From Thalassomonas sp. RHCl1 (lineage in GTDB: Bacteria > Pseudomonadota > Gammaproteobacteria > Enterobacterales > Alteromonadaceae): 64,000 bases of DNA. Shown in pieces: positions 1 to 9,388 of the stretch. A program made the position numbers and the translations under genes. Within the stretch, counting starts at the first letter, position 1; each line of letters begins with the position of its first letter. The notes under the pieces were generated by a model. The model did no database searches. It saw only the letters and a list, made by a program, of their open reading frames with translations, and was not told the DNA's origin. The stretch spans positions 91,482 through 155,481 of the forward strand of contig NZ_CANDNZ010000006.1 in assembly GCF_947387555.1 (NCBI RefSeq), written 5' to 3'.

Positions 1-34
1 TTCTTTTAAATCAAAGAAAGGTATAAGTGTTTAT

Positions 35-1291
35 TTGCCGCAATTAGAGTTGGGCAGAGCCTTGTTCTTTCATGATGCTTACTTGGCTCGAACTGCTTTG
101 GAACCCGATGCGCTGGGTATTGAGTTTGATATTGTTTCTGATGATATATCTGATACAACGACAGTAAATGTATTGCAATCGTCAGGTTACACCCAAAAAT
201 CGTTTGATAATTATGCTGCCAGGAGGGTGTTAAGCTGGATATTGATTGATCCTGATGCACGTAGATCTTATGAATCCATAGGTCGTTATCAAAAGCTGTA
301 TGGAAAAGAAATGAACGGTTACCGGCATTGGGACTTTCAATTTGAACCGCCCCAATTGTCTAATGCTAAATTTGTGCTCAGGGGAAAATTTGATAGGGAA
401 AGTAATAGTGTGTTCGTCTATGAGATTACTACCATTTCTAATATCACCCATAAGGTACCCAGAAAAGTTGAGTTTTATAGCCCTAAATTTAGGGAATATG
501 TTCGTGGGGAAGGTTCTGGCGGTAGTGGCCCTATAAATGAGCGGCCCGAAGAACATAATGTCCAGGATGGTGAAGATGCCAACTCAAATACTGACCACAC
601 ACAATTGTATGCGCCAGTGGTGGGTGTTGAGTTTGATAATCCCTTTGCTACAACCAAGATCTACAAGAAGAAACAAAAAGGCTCAAGTGGCCGTAAAGAT
701 GATGAAGCAAATGAAGCAGGCAAGGACGTAAGTACAGAAGAGGGAGATACTGGCGGTAATCGTCCGCAAGCTGATTGGGATATTGCCGAAGATAACTCGG
801 ATGACGCGCACCTGTATGCAAATAAATTTAGCTGCTTTCAACGCATGTTAGAATTACTTGAATCGGAGTGTGGTTGTAAAATTACCTCCAATCAAATTAA
901 AAAGTTACCAAAAGTAGGACGATCTGGCAGACATATCCTAAAAACAGACGGTTCTCCCCGCTGTTTGTCTGTTGTAACAGTTATTTGTAACGATAGACAG
1001 TATCATATGCTTGAAGTTGATACCTCTGATGACAGCAAATCATTGTCTACTAAATTGTTAGTTGTAAATAAGCCGGCTAAATGGAGTGAACAGCTAATTG
1101 AATTAGAGCAAAAATTGATGAAAAGCTCTCTCAGCTGGCCTACTGAATTTTTAAATCTCATTTGTGGTGATAAGGGACATAAGAGCATTTCACACCCCCA
1201 AACTCCATCTGAAAACAAAGGATTACTGGATCCTGACTCTGTCAATAAGTGGGCGCAAAGGGTTAAAAGTTGGATGTTGGGAGCACAGTAA
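35..1291 (+). CDS. Hypothetical protein, 418 aa as drawn, with an acidic low-complexity middle (GSGGSGP..., D/E-rich). It may be 5'-partial because the frame stays open to the window edge.
   Basis: Long ORF in the AT-rich island. Start as drawn is TTG at 35 and no in-frame stop lies upstream to position 2, so the true start may be outside the window. I recognise no catalytic motif. Confidence 0.45.
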   Translation: MPQLELGRALFFHDAYLARTALEPDALGIEFDIVSDDISDTTTVNVLQSSGYTQKSFDNYAARRVLSWILIDPDARRSYESIGRYQKLYGKEMNGYRHWDFQFEPPQLSNAKFVLRGKFDRESNSVFVYEITTISNITHKVPRKVEFYSPKFREYVRGEGSGGSGPINERPEEHNVQDGEDANSNTDHTQLYAPVVGVEFDNPFATTKIYKKKQKGSSGRKDDEANEAGKDVSTEEGDTGGNRPQADWDIAEDNSDDAHLYANKFSCFQRMLELLESECGCKITSNQIKKLPKVGRSGRHILKTDGSPRCLSVVTVICNDRQYHMLEVDTSDDSKSLSTKLLVVNKPAKWSEQLIELEQKLMKSSLSWPTEFLNLICGDKGHKSISHPQTPSENKGLLDPDSVNKWAQRVKSWMLGAQ

Positions 1292-1395
1292 ATAATAGTA
1301 ATATATTGCTATTAAATTAGCTTCAGAACAGTAAAAATAGAGTATTTCTTATAAGATAGGGTTAAATAGCACAGAAGGATGTTAACTGAGCGTGT

Positions 1396-1851
1396 TTGCA
1401 TGTAGAATTACCCGCTAAACTCGGTGCGTTAATTTATGGAATATGGTTGTTTATGGAATTTTTAGACGCGATTTTTGTGCTAGCTTTTGGCACTGAAGGG
1501 GAATATAAGGGTAAACCTGAGTACGCAATTCTAGTTTTTTCAATAACATCCTCATTTTTCGGTACGCTAGTTGTCATCCTGGACGCTTTGGTCGTTAAAA
1601 CTTTAAATAAAAATAGTTTCTTGAAATTATCCTATCCTGGCTGGAAGGGGCTTTTAGTTTTTCTTTTATGGGGGGTTGGTGCTGGTATTGGGGGATTTTT
1701 AGGCGCAGCTATTGGTATTTTCGAGATTAATAGAATAGCTTGTGTTGTGGTTGGAACATCATGGCCATTGGTGCTTCCGCGCTTATTATCAACAGCAAAT
1801 AGTGAGTTATCCACTGAAAAAATAGATTTAGGAGTAAATACAAATGGGTAA
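1396..1851 (+). CDS. Small integral membrane protein with about 4 predicted TM helices
   Basis: The translation is dominated by hydrophobic stretches (LGALIYGIWLFMEFLDAIFVLAF..., LLVFLLWGVGAGIGGFLGAAIGIF). It overlaps the next ORF by 8 nt, so the two are likely co-transcribed. Confidence 0.45.
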   Translation: MHVELPAKLGALIYGIWLFMEFLDAIFVLAFGTEGEYKGKPEYAILVFSITSSFFGTLVVILDALVVKTLNKNSFLKLSYPGWKGLLVFLLWGVGAGIGGFLGAAIGIFEINRIACVVVGTSWPLVLPRLLSTANSELSTEKIDLGVNTNG

Positions 1852-2278
1852 TTTAAACTTTTTACTTGGTCGCTCCGATTTTAAAGCTGCGTCAGACATT
1901 ATTGAATCTGTGAGTACATTTCCTCAATTCAATGAGAGAAATGAAAATTTGGCTTTGGCCAGTTCTTTGCTTGTATTTAAAAGTCAATCGCAACAGTGTT
2001 GGTTAATTTTTACTTCTCAAAGAATATATTTTGTTGTGGATGATAATGAAGTCTCTGAAACTAAGACTTTATGGGCCAGAGATCGTGAAAAAATTGTGAA
2101 AAATGGTCGTATAGATCTTGATATGAAGATAATTTCTCAATCAAAAGAAAGTAGTAAATTGTTATTTGGTAAAATGAACAAAGGTTTTTTATTTACTAAC
2201 TCACTATTTAAAGATCAGACAATCACGGGTCTTATATTGAAATTAGTTTCAAACCATTTTTTATCTGTAGAAAATTAA
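1844..2278 (+). CDS. Hypothetical soluble protein, 144 aa
   Basis: ORF overlapping the upstream membrane-protein ORF by 8 nt, same strand, 132 bp upstream of the methyltransferase gene. Confidence 0.4.
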   Translation: MGNLNFLLGRSDFKAASDIIESVSTFPQFNERNENLALASSLLVFKSQSQQCWLIFTSQRIYFVVDDNEVSETKTLWARDREKIVKNGRIDLDMKIISQSKESSKLLFGKMNKGFLFTNSLFKDQTITGLILKLVSNHFLSVEN

Positions 2279-2409
2279 TCTTATTTATAAGTTAATGTTA
2301 TCGATACAAGTATTTTTAGGCTTATTGTTTATCGATAACAGAAAGAACTTGAGTTTACTACTATTCATCGATATAAGTTTGTTGTATATATTTAATTTAA
2401 AATGATTTT

Positions 2410-4047
2410 ATGAGTCCTCATTGCGCAATAAAAAAACGGGAGCTTGGTGCATATTATACTCCTCCTGAGTTAACAAAGGTTCTTGTTGATTGGGCTATAC
2501 GCTCATCAAGAGAAACTGTTCTCGAACCTAGCTTCGGTGGTTGCGGTTTTTTAGAAAGTTGTAAAAGCAGGTTGGAGAAATTAGGGACCAAAAGGCCTTT
2601 CACTAAATTATTTGGAGTAGATATCGATGATAAAGCTTTCGATTATTTACATGATATATTTGGACCTATCGTTGTAACTAAACGATTTATAAAAAAAGAT
2701 TTTATTGGTGTTAATGGTAAAGAATTTTCAGTCAAAAAATTTGATGTACTTTTAGGGAATCCTCCATATGTATCACTTCATAATATGACTCCTGAACAGC
2801 GAGAAAGGTGTTTTAAAGTACTTCATTCTTCACCTTTCGCTGATAAAACTATTGGGCGTAATGCAAGTCTTTGGGGGTTTTTCTTGCTTCATAGCTTGAG
2901 CTTTATTCGAGATAATGGACGGATGATATGGGTTTTACCAAGTAGTCTCTTACATACACATTATGCTAAAGCTTTAATTGAAATATATAAGAAGCATTTT
3001 TCTAATATTAAGCTAATTAAGCTAAATCAACGTTTTTTCAAAACTGAAGGTACCGAAGAAGTTTCTGTAATACTAGCCGCGGAAGGCTTTTCTCAAGAAA
3101 TAATTGATCATAACTTAACAGGCCTTTACGTCGCTAAAAGTGTTAATGAATTGAGTGTTATTCTTAACAATAAAGAAATTTTAGAAAAAGACCAGATAGC
3201 TAATCATAAATTAAATTTAGTTAATGAAGATGTTTTAGCGACGTCTGAGTTATTAAAACAAAATTCTGTTAATTTAGGTGATATTAGTAAAATTGTTATT
3301 GGTATGGTGACTGGTGCGAATGACAAGTTTGTTATTAAACCTTCAACATCAAGCAATCTTGGTTTATCTGCTCAAGATATAAGGCCCGTTATTTCTAAAT
3401 TTAAACATCTTTCAGGGATTATTCATGATAAAAGGAGTCATGAAAAACTCATCTCTGAGGATGAAAGATGTCTTTTGGTGTGTCCTTCTGATATACAAGA
3501 AAAACATACATCTGTTCGAAATTATCTAGCTACAATTGACCGGGTAAATAGAAAAACTAACAGAACATTCCCTAAACGAAAATTTTGGTTTTACCCTGAT
3601 GATGAGCAGATACCAGATGCGTTTCTTTCCTATATGATTGATTCAGGTCCTCGTTTAGTTATTAATTCAGCGAAAATAAACTGCACTAATACAATACATC
3701 GTGTGTTTTTTAATGGTGGTATTAGCTTTAGAAAAAAGAAAGCATTAGCTATTTCAATGTTATCAAGTTACACACGTTTTTCTGCTGAAATAGTCGGCCG
3801 TTCATATGGTTCGGGGGTTTTAAAGTTAGAGCCTTCAGCAGCAAAACAGTTAAGCATAATATACAACAATGAGCTATTAGAGCCTTTGTTATCTATTTCA
3901 AAAGAAGTTAATGATTTACTTTCTCGGGGCCTGATTACAAATGCAACGACTATCGTTGATGAATTATTAACAGAGCACTTTGCTATTGATTTTAAAAAGT
4001 TTAGTGATGCAGTTATTGTTTTAAGAAAAGATAGATATGAAAGTTAA
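2410..4047 (+). CDS. N6-adenine-specific DNA methyltransferase, gamma class (TaqI/Eco57I-like)
   Basis: Motif X GAYYTPPELTKVLVDW near the N-terminus. Motif I (AdoMet-binding) LEPSFGGCGFLE. Motif IV LLGNPPYVS (NPPY = amino-methyltransferase catalytic motif). The order X-I-IV defines the gamma class. ATG at 2410. Confidence 0.85.
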   Translation: MSPHCAIKKRELGAYYTPPELTKVLVDWAIRSSRETVLEPSFGGCGFLESCKSRLEKLGTKRPFTKLFGVDIDDKAFDYLHDIFGPIVVTKRFIKKDFIGVNGKEFSVKKFDVLLGNPPYVSLHNMTPEQRERCFKVLHSSPFADKTIGRNASLWGFFLLHSLSFIRDNGRMIWVLPSSLLHTHYAKALIEIYKKHFSNIKLIKLNQRFFKTEGTEEVSVILAAEGFSQEIIDHNLTGLYVAKSVNELSVILNNKEILEKDQIANHKLNLVNEDVLATSELLKQNSVNLGDISKIVIGMVTGANDKFVIKPSTSSNLGLSAQDIRPVISKFKHLSGIIHDKRSHEKLISEDERCLLVCPSDIQEKHTSVRNYLATIDRVNRKTNRTFPKRKFWFYPDDEQIPDAFLSYMIDSGPRLVINSAKINCTNTIHRVFFNGGISFRKKKALAISMLSSYTRFSAEIVGRSYGSGVLKLEPSAAKQLSIIYNNELLEPLLSISKEVNDLLSRGLITNATTIVDELLTEHFAIDFKKFSDAVIVLRKDRYES

Positions 4048-4081
4048 GCTTTAAAATTAATGTAGATCATCAGGAAGATAT

Positions 4082-6463
4082 ATGCTGGATAAGATAATAA
4101 AGGAAAAACTTAATTTTTCAGTCGATGGGCGTTTGATCTCAGAATTAGGTGAAAAGTTAGTTACAAAAAATTACCTGGCTTTAGGTGAATTAATTAAAAA
4201 TTCATATGACGCAGACTCGGAAAATGTAGAAATTAAATTTAACAATGTTCGAGAAGGGAACGGTACAATTGTTGTAAAAGATCTTGGTACGGGGATGTTG
4301 TGGGAAGAAGTCCGAGATTGTTGGATGAGGGTATCAACATCTAATAAAGAAACAAGTCCCGTATCTTTGATATATGGTAGAAAAAAAAGCGGCAGCAAAG
4401 GTATTGGTCGGTTCGCTTGTCAAAAATTAGCCGCGGCGGTGAATCTTAAAACCGTTGCTATTACAGATGATCCGAATATTGCGCAAGTCACTACTCTTGA
4501 TATTGAGTGGGAGGATTTTAAATTAGGTAAAGATTTAATTGAGATTAAATGTAAATCGGAATACTACTTTACCGAGAAGTCAAATGTAACAATAGGCACA
4601 ACGATAACTCTTATCAATTTAAAGCAAAAATGGAACCAAATTAGTTACAACAGTTTGCAAAGACAATTGGCATCTCTTTCAATCTCATCGCCTGTTCGAC
4701 GAGAAGACTTTGAAGAAGATCCTGGTTTTGAAATTTTAGTAAGTGCAGATGAATTTGAAAGTGGTAACTATAAACTGTCGGAAAAAGTTCTAGATGCTAG
4801 TTGGGGGCGCGTCAAAGGTAGTGTCGCTGAAGATGGTACTGTAAAATTATTTTTTGATGGAAAGCTAATAGGAAAGAAAGAACATACTTTACATGAACAA
4901 TTTCCTATTTTAAAACATGCTGAATTTGATGTAAGTTGCCTACCGCATGTGAAAGCATATCAGAGAAACCCTCAATTAATGAATTCTAAGCAAATGAAAA
5001 TAATTGAGGACACACACCCCGGTATAAAAGTATATAGTGAAGGTTTTAGAGTTTACCCGTATGGGCAGGAAGGGGATGATTGGTTAGGGTTAGACCGCGA
5101 TGTAGGTCGTCGTAAAGCCAAAATAGACAATAATGAATTAGGGAAAATAGCATCAAGTTATGGGTTAGATAAAAGTAGGGTTATTCTTGATTTATTTAGG
5201 AATGCTAACATTGTTGGAGCTGTATACATAGATACTAACATCAACCCTGCCTTTGAAATTAAACTCAATAGGGAAGGTTTCGTTGAAAATGAAGCTTCTT
5301 TGATGCTGTCTAAACTTTTGCGTTATATTGTTGAATGGATGACGGTCCAATATTCATATTTTAAAGTGCTTTTTAGTGAGCATGAATTAGAGCAGCTAAG
5401 AAAAGATTTTGATGACAAATTGGGTAGTAACAATTCGGAGGTTGCTGAAAATAAAATCATTTATGATGAAGAACCAGGAGGTGTAATACCAAAACCTCCG
5501 CTTTCTATTGATAATAAAAAAGAGCAATTTGATAAAGCGATGACGCTCTTATTGAATGAAGCAAAATTCAATAGAGAAACTAGTAATAAGTCTTATTTAG
5601 AAGATATTGCACCTGAAAGAGCTAGTGATCAGTCAGTTGCAACAAATAAAGATTCAGAATTACTTGAAGTCGCAAGTAAAATAATAACAACAGAATTTAA
5701 TGCAAATAAAAATGAGTTAACCTTGTTACGCGCCATTGCGTCATCAGGGCCTTTATTTTTTGTTTTTGCACATGAATTTAAAAGTTTAGTTTCAAATCTG
5801 GATACAGATGCAGGGAATATAGAGCAATGGATCTCTAAAAATAGTAAAAACGATACTCGTTGGCTTTCAGAAATAGCCAAATCAATGAGACTTACTCGTC
5901 AACGGTTCTTGTCACTAGAAAATTTAATTGGTGTGTTTGCATCAACGCATAAAATCAAAACTAAGAGAATCAAAGTTGCGCAAGCGATTGAAAAGGTGTG
6001 TGCTGGATTTGAATTTGTTACAAGCAGCAGTAATATTAAAATTGATACTAAAGGTATCGATGCATTATTAAAAACTCAAGAAATTTCAGATGCTGCGTTT
6101 TATTCAATAGTGGTTAATCTTGTATCAAATGCGATAAAAGTTGTTTTAGCGAAAGGGACACGAGAGATTAGAATTACAGCTTTTCGAAAAAATAATCTTG
6201 TTATGAGGGTTGAGGACAAGGGGATAGGGCTACCTGAAGATAAATGGGATGATGTGTTTTTACCACTAGTAACTGATCCAACAGGTGAAATGTATAATGA
6301 GCTATTTGATAAAGTAGGCACGGATGAATTATCAGTTCTTGGACGAGGTACAGGTTTAGGATTGAACATTGTTAAAGGAATGGTACAAGATAATGGAGGA
6401 AGGGTGAAGTTTATAAAGCCTTCTGATGGGTGGAAAACTTGTGTGGAAGTTATACTCCCCTAG
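4082..6463 (+). CDS. Atypical sensor histidine kinase. The N-terminal domain is a GHKL/Bergerat-fold ATPase (MORC/Hsp90/MutL-like). It is followed by an H-box and a C-terminal canonical histidine-kinase HATPase_c.
   Basis: N-terminus: N-box ELIKNSYDA, G1 DLGTGM, G2-like SKGIGRFA. Middle: H-box-like FVFAHEFKSLVSNL. C-terminus: N-box NLVSNAIKV, G1 EDKGIGLPE, G2 GRGTGLGLNIVKGMVQDNGGRV. AGGAAG RBS before ATG at 4082. The stop lies 13 nt before the next gene. Confidence 0.75.
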   Translation: MLDKIIKEKLNFSVDGRLISELGEKLVTKNYLALGELIKNSYDADSENVEIKFNNVREGNGTIVVKDLGTGMLWEEVRDCWMRVSTSNKETSPVSLIYGRKKSGSKGIGRFACQKLAAAVNLKTVAITDDPNIAQVTTLDIEWEDFKLGKDLIEIKCKSEYYFTEKSNVTIGTTITLINLKQKWNQISYNSLQRQLASLSISSPVRREDFEEDPGFEILVSADEFESGNYKLSEKVLDASWGRVKGSVAEDGTVKLFFDGKLIGKKEHTLHEQFPILKHAEFDVSCLPHVKAYQRNPQLMNSKQMKIIEDTHPGIKVYSEGFRVYPYGQEGDDWLGLDRDVGRRKAKIDNNELGKIASSYGLDKSRVILDLFRNANIVGAVYIDTNINPAFEIKLNREGFVENEASLMLSKLLRYIVEWMTVQYSYFKVLFSEHELEQLRKDFDDKLGSNNSEVAENKIIYDEEPGGVIPKPPLSIDNKKEQFDKAMTLLLNEAKFNRETSNKSYLEDIAPERASDQSVATNKDSELLEVASKIITTEFNANKNELTLLRAIASSGPLFFVFAHEFKSLVSNLDTDAGNIEQWISKNSKNDTRWLSEIAKSMRLTRQRFLSLENLIGVFASTHKIKTKRIKVAQAIEKVCAGFEFVTSSSNIKIDTKGIDALLKTQEISDAAFYSIVVNLVSNAIKVVLAKGTREIRITAFRKNNLVMRVEDKGIGLPEDKWDDVFLPLVTDPTGEMYNELFDKVGTDELSVLGRGTGLGLNIVKGMVQDNGGRVKFIKPSDGWKTCVEVILP

Positions 6464-6475
6464 CGTGGAAATAAT

Positions 6476-7528
6476 ATGAATAAGAAATTTAATATTTTGT
6501 TTGTTGACGATGAAGTCAACGGAAATAGAAAAGGTTTAATCGCTAACATTAATTATGATGAGCGTTTTAATGTTACAGAATATCATCCTGTAGACGCAAT
6601 TGAAGATCTTGATAAAGGACTTATTGAAGATAAGTATGCATTAATTATTGTTGACTATAAGTTGAGCCATGAACCAAATAGAAACAATGTATCATGTCAC
6701 TCAAATGGATATTCATTAACTAGCTTGTTTAAAGAAAAACTTCCCAATACCCCTGTGTATTTAATCAGTCAAATTCTAACAGATGATATCTCCATGGGTG
6801 AACATTACGATAAAATGTTTTCTCATAGTTTCCTTACTTCAGAAAAAGGAAGAGATTTATTGGCCTATGACTGTGAAGATCATCAACAACTTTTAAAAGA
6901 AGCTCGAAATTTAAATTCTTTTGAAAAAATATGTGAATTTTTGATGGTACCTAATGAATGTAAAGATGCCTTTAAAGTGGCTTTACCAATTGAGTTTAGA
7001 AAAGGTCTATCAAACAACTTAGATAATAATTCTTCACAAGTCTTAGATAAGGAACGCAGTTTTATAAGGTTTGCTAAATGGATAAATCAAATATTCTTAC
7101 TTAAAAGCGGACCTTTAATTGATGAGTTGGAGGTTGCTGTTTTATTTGGCCTTGATTATGAATATTTTAAAACAAACTTTCGTAAAGAATATGAAAGCGA
7201 TTTAATGGCATGTGAATATAAGGGGATTTTTGCGAAAACGAATGAAAAAAAATGGTGGAGCCAAGCTGTTTTCGATTTTGCGGTTTCTTTAGCTGATGAG
7301 GATTATATTTCATATCCTTGGAAAGTTGTTCCTAAAAAGCTAAATGTTGAAGAAAAATTTTTATCAAAATGTGCTTTATGTCAAGAAAACACCCCTGAGT
7401 GTACGGCATTTGATAGAGATGAAACCGAAGGAAATACGAAATATGCAGCTCATTGGAGCTGCACCGTTGCTGCAGAAGATCAGGTCGATCTAGCTGGGTT
7501 TAATCCTGTTTTATATTTGGATGATTAG
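6476..7528 (+). CDS. Response-regulator receiver (REC) domain protein with a roughly 220-aa C-terminal output domain of unknown function that contains a Cys cluster
   Basis: N-terminus ILFVDDE (acidic pocket) and ALIIVDYKL (putative phospho-acceptor Asp) are typical CheY-like REC motifs. The C-terminus has CALCQENTPEC...HWSC. I recognise no HTH. Confidence 0.7.
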   Translation: MNKKFNILFVDDEVNGNRKGLIANINYDERFNVTEYHPVDAIEDLDKGLIEDKYALIIVDYKLSHEPNRNNVSCHSNGYSLTSLFKEKLPNTPVYLISQILTDDISMGEHYDKMFSHSFLTSEKGRDLLAYDCEDHQQLLKEARNLNSFEKICEFLMVPNECKDAFKVALPIEFRKGLSNNLDNNSSQVLDKERSFIRFAKWINQIFLLKSGPLIDELEVAVLFGLDYEYFKTNFRKEYESDLMACEYKGIFAKTNEKKWWSQAVFDFAVSLADEDYISYPWKVVPKKLNVEEKFLSKCALCQENTPECTAFDRDETEGNTKYAAHWSCTVAAEDQVDLAGFNPVLYLDD

Positions 7529-7536
7529 GAGTTATT

Positions 7537-8280
7537 TTGGCAAAGAAGGATTTTTTTTACGAAGCCTATAAAAAAAATTTATGTAACTTTTTTAAATTTT
7601 TATCAGCGGATACACGTGTTAGTCAAGCTCTTGTAAAAACTCTTAGTGAAATAAAAACTAATCAGCAAGTTCTCCAGGCCGCAACTAAAAGCAAAAAAGT
7701 GAAGGTGGACTTACCAAGCTTTGAAATACCGTTATTAAACTCGGTAAAATGTGGAGTAGATACAGATTCTTTTTTATCTATAGGCGGTAAAATCGAATTT
7801 AATGAGCAAGGTATTGTAAATCAAAGTATATCTGCTTGCCTTATTATAAGGCCCCATGAGGATACAAAAGTTTGTGAAAAGAATGCTACAGGCGTAATGA
7901 AAGCTGGAAATAAGTATATAATAAGGCGTTTTCATTTTGATATAGATTCAAGTCAAACTAGTAAGGATCGGCCAATATCACATGTTCAATATGGTGGAAA
8001 TATTCAAGATGAACAAAAAGGAAGCTCGGAATACCAATTAATCAATTCTATTGATCTGCCTCGAATTCCCTCATTCCCACTAGATGTAGTACAGGTTATC
8101 AACTTTTTAATGGATCAATTCGATACAACTTTGAAACAACAATTCAAATTACCTAGCTGGAGGGGAATAGTTGTGGATAATGATGCAATTTGGAAGAAAT
8201 ATTTTTTTGAAAAAATGATTTCAAAAACAAGTAAGCGTAAGACAATGTATGAATGGGCCTGTGATCCGATTAGCTTTTAA
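7537..8280 (+). CDS. Hypothetical protein, 247 aa, last gene of the methyltransferase / histidine kinase / REC cluster
   Basis: TTG start 6 nt after an AGGAG RBS and 9 nt after the REC gene stop. No recognisable motif. Confidence 0.45.
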   Translation: MAKKDFFYEAYKKNLCNFFKFLSADTRVSQALVKTLSEIKTNQQVLQAATKSKKVKVDLPSFEIPLLNSVKCGVDTDSFLSIGGKIEFNEQGIVNQSISACLIIRPHEDTKVCEKNATGVMKAGNKYIIRRFHFDIDSSQTSKDRPISHVQYGGNIQDEQKGSSEYQLINSIDLPRIPSFPLDVVQVINFLMDQFDTTLKQQFKLPSWRGIVVDNDAIWKKYFFEKMISKTSKRKTMYEWACDPISF

Positions 8281-8527
8281 TAAAGAACTTTATTGTTTTA
8301 ATTTAGATGATTAATTTGAGGATTATTTACATAGTAAAGTTTTACTTTTTTGTGGATATTACAGTAACTAAACGAACAAAAACAAAAGTTGTAATTTATT
8401 TAATTAATAGGGTTTGAAGCGGTCAACTGATTTTGATCACTAGATTTTAAGAATTATACAAAATATGGTTGTTTTTTAATGGAAGTCTATGGCTTTGTTA
8501 GATAATAACCGTTTTGAGTCCTTGGAG

Positions 8528-9151
8528 CTATTGAAACCGCTTACACAGCTCTTCCCAGTTTGGTTGCGCTGTTTTTAAATCTGTCGGCTCGAAGCGATCC
8601 CTATATGGTGAGATTGCAGGTTGCATCCAACAGAGTTGTCTATCTGCCTCATGCTTATCTTCCTTTGTCATAAGCTCTCTGCTCTCAAGATATGTGTACA
8701 AGGCACGAAGGTAGAATGAGTAGAGGTCGTTTAAGTAGGGAGTGCATCCAACACTCGTGTTTTCAGCTCCGCACCCTAAGTTAATCAGATAAGCAGATGA
8801 TTCTCTTACGCTCCGCGTGCCCATCGCTATCTGGTTCAGTGAGATGCGACCTAGATTTTTGTTCGCGAGGTCTACAGCCGTTTGCGCCGCGAAGACCGCT
8901 GCGTTAGCTCTAGTTACCGCTGTTTCGGCTTTTCTTCGTTCCACAGTCGATTCTGAGGCTTGATACAGTGCGATAAGAGCAGCAGCGATTGCAACTATCA
9001 GCCCTAAAATCGCTGGCATACCCGTTGCTGTTATAACGCCAAACCATGATTGGTGGTGGCCACAATGGAGGCATATAACCGCGTCCTTCGGAATTGGACC
9101 TACATGGCACCAGCGACAACGCCGGTCGAGAGCGTTCACGTTTTCTTTCAT
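8528..9151 (-). CDS. Zn-ribbon plus single-TM membrane protein (CxxC...CxxC N-terminus)
   Basis: N-terminal RRCRWCHVGPIPKDAVICLHCGH (four Cys / His zinc ribbon), then the hydrophobic helix MPAILGLIVAIAAALIALY. It is convergent with the upstream cluster. Confidence 0.45.
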   Translation of the reverse strand: MKENVNALDRRCRWCHVGPIPKDAVICLHCGHHQSWFGVITATGMPAILGLIVAIAAALIALYQASESTVERRKAETAVTRANAAVFAAQTAVDLANKNLGRISLNQIAMGTRSVRESSAYLINLGCGAENTSVGCTPYLNDLYSFYLRALYTYLESRELMTKEDKHEADRQLCWMQPAISPYRDRFEPTDLKTAQPNWEELCKRFQ

Positions 9152-9388
9152 AGTGTCTATCGAGCTATAAATTTTTTGATATTTGGGATTAGGTAAAACA
9201 ACTCAAATAATTGCAAATTATTAATCTATAGTCTACTTAGCTTTGTTGAATGAATATGGTGGTATCGTTTAAGTTTAATCAAATAATAAATAAAACCTAA
9301 ATTAATATTGAGATTGAGGGAGCATAGTCTTCTATCATTACTTAAACCAATTTGAAAAATAGCCTAAAAACTAGAGAGGTTCCTCACC

